A stretch of DNA of 64,000 nucleotides from an uncultured Prolixibacteraceae bacterium (GTDB taxonomy: Bacteria > Bacteroidota > Bacteroidia > Bacteroidales > FEN-979), in contig CAYVVG010000001.1 of NCBI GenBank assembly GCA_964455285.1, positions 64,960 to 128,959 of the forward strand, read 5' to 3'. The stretch's first letter is position 1; each line of letters begins with the position of its first letter. This document shows, in pieces, positions 59,002 through 64,000 of the stretch. A model generated the notes under the pieces. It made no database searches, had not been told where the DNA came from, and was given only the letters and a program-made list of their open reading frames with translations. Both the position numbers and the translations under genes were made by a program.

Positions 59002-60680
59002 AACGCCTTATCCTCCTCATGCTGGCATTACTCCCGCTGGTCGGAGCCGCGCAGACCAATGTTCCCGGGGGTAATGTCAGCGGAACCTGGACCGCTGCCG
59101 CATCGCCATACAGGATCCAGGGAAGCATAAGGGTCCCCGCAGATTCCATGCTGCTGATCCAGGCAGGCACGACCGTTATCTTCCAGGGTCACTATAAATT
59201 CCTGGTTGAAGGCCGGATGCTGGCGCTTGGTTCCGCGACGGCCAACGTGGTTTTTACCGCCGCTAATCCTTCCTCAGGCTGGCTTGGTATCCGCATCGAA
59301 TACCCTCCCGCCTCCAACGATTCTTCCATTTTTGACTATTGCGCTTTCTGGTACGGGAAGGGTGCTGATCCGGTGAACAACGGCGGGGTGATGGCCATCT
59401 ACGGTTTTTCCAGGGTCAGGGTCAGCCACTGCCTGTTCCGGGAGAACTCAGCCCCATGGTGCGGCGGCGCCATGGATGTAAGCTCCTGCGATCCGGTCAT
59501 CACGCAGAACACCTTTTCCGGCAATTCCGTCAACTACCAGTCGAATATGCTGAACGGAGGCGGGGCCCTGTGTCTGTACCAGTCCGATGCGACGGTTACG
59601 GGAAATACCTTTTCAGGCAATCATGCCGGTTCCGGCGTGGGAGGGGGCGGGGCGATCTTCATCCAGGGAGGGCATCCGCTGATCGACCGGAACACGATCA
59701 TCAACAACAGCAGTACCAACGACACCTTTTTCAACGAAGGCGGGGGCGGGGCGATCTTTGCCGACGGGGATGCCACCATCAGCAACAATACCATTTCGAA
59801 CAATACAGCCAACGGTTATATCGGCCGGGGAGGCGCTATTTACCTTTACTGGAACACGGATGCCGTCATATTCAACAACACCATCACCAATAATACGGCA
59901 ACCGGATCAGAGGGGATAGGCGGCGCCTTGTTCTGCCTTCTCAACTGCAATCCTTACCTGACCAACAACACCATCGCACATAATCACTCCCTGACCAGCG
60001 GAGGTGGGCTTTACTGTTCCAGTGGATCCAGTCCGCAATTCCGCAATTGCATCCTTTATGGTAACACGGCATCGGCCGATACCAACCAGGTCTATCTCCT
60101 CGATGAGCAGAGCGATCCGCACTTCTATTACTGCGACATACAGGGTGGAATGGCCGGTTTTGAACTGAACGGCAATTTTTACAATGGTGATTACGAGCAC
60201 AATATCAGCCTGAATCCTCGCTTCCAGTGGCCATCGCCGGGAAGCGGAAGCGGATTCAACGGAGTGGTGTGCGACTGGACCGAGAATACCGCATCACCGT
60301 GCATCAACGCAGGAGACCCCGCCCTCTCCTACCCGCTGACCGACAAAGCGGGTAATCCCCGGATTGTGAACGGCTGTGTGGATATCGGAGCCTTTGAGTA
60401 CCAATGGATGGTTGGATTCGGCGACCGCCCGGATTTTCCTGCGATCACCTGCTCCCCAAACCCATGCCGTGACCGGACAAATCTCCGGTTTGACGGGCCC
60501 ATAACCAGGGGAAAGATTGAGCTCCGGGACAGGTCGGGAAGGACTGTGAGGACCGTTTACGGGGTGAACGGTGCTGAGACCGTGATAGACAAAGGAGACC
60601 TGCCTGCCGGCTGTTACACGATTATTCTCTCCATGGGGAACCGGCCGGTGAAAATCGGAACGATCATTTTTACCGACTGA
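58998..60680 (+). CDS. right-handed parallel beta-helix repeat protein (Pmp-like GGAI/FxxN repeats) with T9SS C-terminal sorting domain
   Basis: 560 aa. Signal peptide MKRLILLMLALLPLVGAAQ. More than 8 repeats of the type GGA(I/L)...(N/G)NT(F/I)xxN (GGALCLY..GNTFSGN, GGGAIFIQ..RNTIINN, GGGAIFAD..NNTISNN, GGAIYLY..NNTITNN). C-terminal Por-tail-like ITCSPNPCRDRTNLRF...IIFTD. Its ATG overlaps the upstream stop (ATGA 58998-59001). Confidence 0.7.
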   Translation: MKRLILLMLALLPLVGAAQTNVPGGNVSGTWTAAASPYRIQGSIRVPADSMLLIQAGTTVIFQGHYKFLVEGRMLALGSATANVVFTAANPSSGWLGIRIEYPPASNDSSIFDYCAFWYGKGADPVNNGGVMAIYGFSRVRVSHCLFRENSAPWCGGAMDVSSCDPVITQNTFSGNSVNYQSNMLNGGGALCLYQSDATVTGNTFSGNHAGSGVGGGGAIFIQGGHPLIDRNTIINNSSTNDTFFNEGGGGAIFADGDATISNNTISNNTANGYIGRGGAIYLYWNTDAVIFNNTITNNTATGSEGIGGALFCLLNCNPYLTNNTIAHNHSLTSGGGLYCSSGSSPQFRNCILYGNTASADTNQVYLLDEQSDPHFYYCDIQGGMAGFELNGNFYNGDYEHNISLNPRFQWPSPGSGSGFNGVVCDWTENTASPCINAGDPALSYPLTDKAGNPRIVNGCVDIGAFEYQWMVGFGDRPDFPAITCSPNPCRDRTNLRFDGPITRGKIELRDRSGRTVRTVYGVNGAETVIDKGDLPAGCYTIILSMGNRPVKIGTIIFTD

Positions 60681-60700
60681 CGATAACCCGGCGGTTGCAT

Positions 60701-63409
60701 TCACCTTAACTCGCTTCGCGATTTTAAACTGTCGTTGCGTTGTTCATTCCACCCTTTCAGGTAAGCCTTCCGGAGCGGATCGAACCATCTGCCGGAAACA
60801 AGATGTTTTTCGAAGCGTTGCGCAGGATCGGCAGCCGGGGATTCGATGAAATCTGCTTTCCCAATCCGGCGCCCCAGTTCTTTCAGTAATGGGATAGCAG
60901 ATCCCGCAGGAAATCCTTGTTCCTGCGCCAGCCTTACACACATCAAGGCTGCCCGGTCATCCCCCTTGTCCAGGAAATGATTCGCCCCTTGCCAGGTCAG
61001 GTAGGGATTTTCATGCGACCGGAAGAAATCGATCATGCCGGTCTCCTTCAATCCGAACCTGCCCAGGTCGTTCCGTTCAAATGCCTGCTGGTTGGCCATG
61101 AAGCGGGCAATTGCCCCGGAATAGTTCCCTGTTACAGCCAGGGCCGCGATGACCGACTCTTCCTGCTGCCAGTCGGCTGCGGAATTGTATTTATCCAGGC
61201 TGTCTCTGCAAGGCTGGTCCGGGAGGACACATTCGGGCATGCTGGCAATGAATTCCAGTGCCTGCTGCCAGGCATCCCGGGCCCCGGTAAAATTCTTCAG
61301 AGCAAGCGCCCGGTCCGCCCGGATCATTCTCAATCCGGCCGAATCGAGCAGGTTGGCGCATTTCTGTTCCCTGATCTTGGAACGGAACAGGTCCATGGCG
61401 CTGTTCAACACCGAATCGTTCCCCAGCCCGAAATCGAAAGCCTCCTGCTCCGTGGCTTTCAGAGCCAGCTGCGCCGAATCGAACCGGTTCACCCAGATCA
61501 CCTTGCGGGCAGAGTAAAGCCTGACGACCAGGTACATCTTCATAGCCTCCCTGTAAAGCGAATCAAAGCCGCGCCCGGGATCGAAACGACCATCCGAAGC
61601 GAGTAACCTTGCCTCCCTGAACCGGCTGACCGCCAGGGTATATTGCCTCTTTTCCAACGCCTCGGCTGCTTCCCGGGCCACCTTCCCCGATTTGATCCGG
61701 CTCATCCCGGGCACCAGATCGTGAAGCCGGTCGTCTACCTCCGTGCGTAACGACGACGTTAAACGCAAGGCCATGGCTCGTTCAAATGCGGTCACCGCAG
61801 AATCCGGAGAGCCCTCCCTCAAAGCCTTTACAGTCTGTCCAAGCGACTGCTCCGCCAGCCCCAGGGAGGCCTGCGACATTTTATTTCCCAACTGTTCGCT
61901 TACGGGAGCCAGATCCTCCGGACGGTACCTCAGTTCCAGTTCCCGGAGGCATTCGAGGGCGACGGAGTACTCTTTTCGCCCGAGCAACTGGTCACAATCA
62001 TCGTTGCGCATAAAGAAGAGTTCGCTGAAGACCGCCCGGTACAGCGAATCGGAGCGTATATAACGGGCCTGGCCGGCGGCATACCGCGAAGCTTTTTCCA
62101 GGTAACGGTCGGCCATCTCGTACTGACGGCGCTCCATGCAGGTCCTGGCGATACCGGCATACGCGTTGAACACGCCTTCGGCGGCCGTGGTCATGCGGTC
62201 AGAATAATCGCTGTCCGGCTCAATCCCGACCATTTCTGCGAACTTCCGGCCATTGTCCAGCACCGACCAGGCCTGGGCGTATTCCCGCCCTTCGATGAGC
62301 GAAACTGCCTGACGACGGTATGAATCCAGCACGAAACCGGCAAAGAACCGGGGCAGGCTATCGGCCTTTGCACCGGGGTACATCTTTTCGAGAAGCCGGA
62401 TAAAGACCTCCGGCCCCGGAGGAGCCGCCTCCCCGTCGAAAAGATGGTCCAGGCAATCCTGGTACACCGGTCCCTGCAAGTGGTCCATCAGATTCGACAT
62501 CCTCACATAGGCCAGCACCCGCGAAGTCAGGTAACCGGCCAGCCTGCGGGCATCCCCGTCCCAGGAAACTCCTCTGCTGCCTTCCACGGCATCGATCAGA
62601 TTATATGTCAGCGTTTTCGACTGCCGGTAAGCTTCGCGGTACCGGTTGCTGAACCCCCGGGGGTCAAAACCGCCGGCCAGCAGGGTACCCCCGAAACTAC
62701 GGCTCGCGATACGGTTCAGCACCACGCTCGTCTCCCATGCCTTCAGGCAATAATACGGTAGCTGCGCTGTGTCCCGGGTATTCATGCCGGCCGCGATCCG
62801 TTGTAAGGTATCGAGCAGCGACAAGGATGCATAGTAATCATGGATGAGCGAAACCTGTTCCATGAATCGCACGAAGGCCGCAGAATCATAACTCATCCGG
62901 ACCTCCCTGACCATCAGCGTATCCACTGCCGGATCGAACAGGAATACGGGCACCCTGCAAACGGCGCTGTCGCCCGCAGATACCGGTTGCCACGACAAGG
63001 GTTGTTCGGCATACCCGGAAGTGTCGGCCCGGTTTGCCCACCGCAGGGTCATCCGGATGTGCGACGGATATTGAACGCCGGCAACGGAGAAGCTCCGGAA
63101 TGCCGTGTCGCCCTCCACCCGCCGATCCACCAGCCTGACCGTGAGGAACATCCCTGACCCGTCGCGTTCCACGTGCAGCTGCAATTGACCTCGGGCATGT
63201 AACTTTACAAGCCAGGGCTCCCTCAGCACATCCCTGGCCATCTCTTTCAGGATGAGATTACCGTAGACATATTCCTTCCCCCCGCTCTTGTGGTAAGGCA
63301 CCTGAAAATCGAGCGGACCGGCGGTAAGGGAAATCGTCTCCTGGGCGGGTAACGGCAGGGAGATAAACAACAGCAGAACCCCTGCGAGCGACCTGAGAAG
63401 GGAAGTCAT
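60701..63409 (-). CDS. hypothetical secreted protein, N-terminal beta-rich region + long alpha-helical (TPR-like) body
   Basis: 902 aa. Signal peptide MTSLLRSLAGVLLLFISLPLPAQ. No catalytic or named motif recognised. Coding potential is supported by length, codon usage similar to the neighbours, and an exact -7 box upstream. Confidence 0.6.
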   Translation of the reverse strand: MTSLLRSLAGVLLLFISLPLPAQETISLTAGPLDFQVPYHKSGGKEYVYGNLILKEMARDVLREPWLVKLHARGQLQLHVERDGSGMFLTVRLVDRRVEGDTAFRSFSVAGVQYPSHIRMTLRWANRADTSGYAEQPLSWQPVSAGDSAVCRVPVFLFDPAVDTLMVREVRMSYDSAAFVRFMEQVSLIHDYYASLSLLDTLQRIAAGMNTRDTAQLPYYCLKAWETSVVLNRIASRSFGGTLLAGGFDPRGFSNRYREAYRQSKTLTYNLIDAVEGSRGVSWDGDARRLAGYLTSRVLAYVRMSNLMDHLQGPVYQDCLDHLFDGEAAPPGPEVFIRLLEKMYPGAKADSLPRFFAGFVLDSYRRQAVSLIEGREYAQAWSVLDNGRKFAEMVGIEPDSDYSDRMTTAAEGVFNAYAGIARTCMERRQYEMADRYLEKASRYAAGQARYIRSDSLYRAVFSELFFMRNDDCDQLLGRKEYSVALECLRELELRYRPEDLAPVSEQLGNKMSQASLGLAEQSLGQTVKALREGSPDSAVTAFERAMALRLTSSLRTEVDDRLHDLVPGMSRIKSGKVAREAAEALEKRQYTLAVSRFREARLLASDGRFDPGRGFDSLYREAMKMYLVVRLYSARKVIWVNRFDSAQLALKATEQEAFDFGLGNDSVLNSAMDLFRSKIREQKCANLLDSAGLRMIRADRALALKNFTGARDAWQQALEFIASMPECVLPDQPCRDSLDKYNSAADWQQEESVIAALAVTGNYSGAIARFMANQQAFERNDLGRFGLKETGMIDFFRSHENPYLTWQGANHFLDKGDDRAALMCVRLAQEQGFPAGSAIPLLKELGRRIGKADFIESPAADPAQRFEKHLVSGRWFDPLRKAYLKGWNEQRNDSLKSRSELR

Positions 63410-63426
63410 GACTGGATTTTAATCGC

Positions 63427-63434
63427 CAAAGTTA
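63427..63434 (-). promoter_or_regulatory. candidate -7 box (TAACTTTG) for the 902-aa gene
   Basis: Plus strand caaagtta. Exact TAnnTTTG on the minus strand, 17 nt upstream of ATG 63409. Confidence 0.45.
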
Positions 63435-63498
63435 GGAAAAAGCAAACGGCGGGAGCGGCCGGATTTCGGGGAGATTCTGTGGATTACGGTAAATAAGA

Positions 63499-63506
63499 TA
63501 TCTTTG
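63499..63506 (+). promoter_or_regulatory. candidate -7 box (TATCTTTG)
   Basis: Exact TAnnTTTG, 29 nt upstream of ATG 63536. Confidence 0.45.
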
Positions 63507-63535
63507 TCAGAAGGAATGCCCTAAAACCGCCCCGG

Positions 63536-64000
63536 ATGCCCAGGAAAGAGATTGAACAGCAATACAGGAAGGTGTGCGAACTCACCTATTCCCGGCAGTT
63601 GAAAAGCGCCCTCGGGGAGCTGGAAAAGTTCTCCCGCCTCACCACCCGCACCGACTATTTCTACCAGCTTGAGAATTTCTCGGAGAATTACCGGACCCTT
63701 TTGCGGTATGCTTTTGAAGGATATCACGACCCCCAGCAACCCGCCATCCTGAACCGGCTTTGTGCCTCGATGCTGGCCGTGGCCGACGAGGTGCGGCAGA
63801 TCCTGCTCGATGGGGAGCTCCCCGGGAAGCATGGGGAAAGAAAATTCCTGGCCTCCGAATTCGGCGACGACCCCGCCGTGATCGCCGCACGGATCGAAGA
63901 GATGTTCTTCCACCGGCAGGTCAAAAAACTGATCGACGAACCGGAAGCCCTCCCGGTGACGGATTGCGACCTGATCTTCAGGCAGATATGGCTGACAGGA
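63536..64000 (+). CDS. hypothetical protein, N-terminal fragment (runs off the right window edge)
   Basis: Absent from the ORF track (no stop in the window). The frame from ATG 63536 reads MPRKEIEQQYRKVCELTYSRQLKSALGELEKFSRL...FRQIWLTG with no stop for 155 codons. The antisense ORFs listed here (63521-63913 etc.) are Arg/Gly-rich mirror artefacts. Confidence 0.5.
   Translation, partial: MPRKEIEQQYRKVCELTYSRQLKSALGELEKFSRLTTRTDYFYQLENFSENYRTLLRYAFEGYHDPQQPAILNRLCASMLAVADEVRQILLDGELPGKHGERKFLASEFGDDPAVIAARIEEMFFHRQVKKLIDEPEALPVTDCDLIFRQIWLTG

Noticed and set aside
1-64000. Search for transposases, integrases, phage structural genes, toxin-antitoxin pairs, reverse transcriptases (retron/DGR) and restriction-modification genes
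   Set aside because: None of the ORFs of 60 aa or more shows the corresponding signatures (DDE/HUH, tyrosine or serine recombinase, YxDD, PD-ExK with MTase partner and so on). The only mobile-looking material is the non-autonomous repeat layer and the GxxExxY cassette.

Overview
This 64-kb chromosomal segment looks like a moderately GC-rich, probably anaerobic member of Bacteroidota. Hand counts on a few 60-nt lines give about 55-60 % G+C in most genes. The taxonomic call rests on a SusC/SusD pair, at least five proteins with type IX secretion (T9SS) C-terminal sorting domains, and exact TAnnTTTG (-7) promoter boxes upstream of many operon-leading genes.

Left third: a flavodiiron protein, a four-gene split sensor / histidine kinase / receiver cluster, parC, an isochorismatase-family hydrolase and tRNA-Arg(UCU). 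These are followed by a tightly packed 7.6-kb minus-strand operon: SIMPL protein, 2-TM P-loop NTPase with about ten 40-residue repeats, T9SS C10 cysteine peptidase, B12-radical SAM enzyme and SAM methyltransferase. I consider this operon the best candidate for an undescribed system.

Middle: a lipoprotein plus a TMTC-like GT-C/TPR protein, a decayed methyltransferase, a BNR-propeller T9SS protein and a prolyl oligopeptidase. Next comes a module of a Crp-type regulator, a 4Fe-4S/4-TM membrane protein and a T9SS-sorted cytochrome c with seven haem motifs.

Right half (30.6-60.7 kb): a large alpha-glucan utilisation locus with susC, susD, a susE/F-like gene, five GH13 enzymes, GH77 malQ, two SLC45-like MFS permeases and two esterases. 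A GH53+GH2 galactan pair is embedded in it, and a low-GC GxxExxY gene is inserted.

An unusual repeat layer runs across the window. It consists of 7-9-nt tandem arrays that abut or contain stop codons, plus a 43-44-nt GC-rich hairpin element family. Both have entered coding 5' ends (signal peptides).

I saw no transposase, integrase, phage, CRISPR-cas or rRNA genes. All family calls come from motif recognition by eye; no database search was possible.
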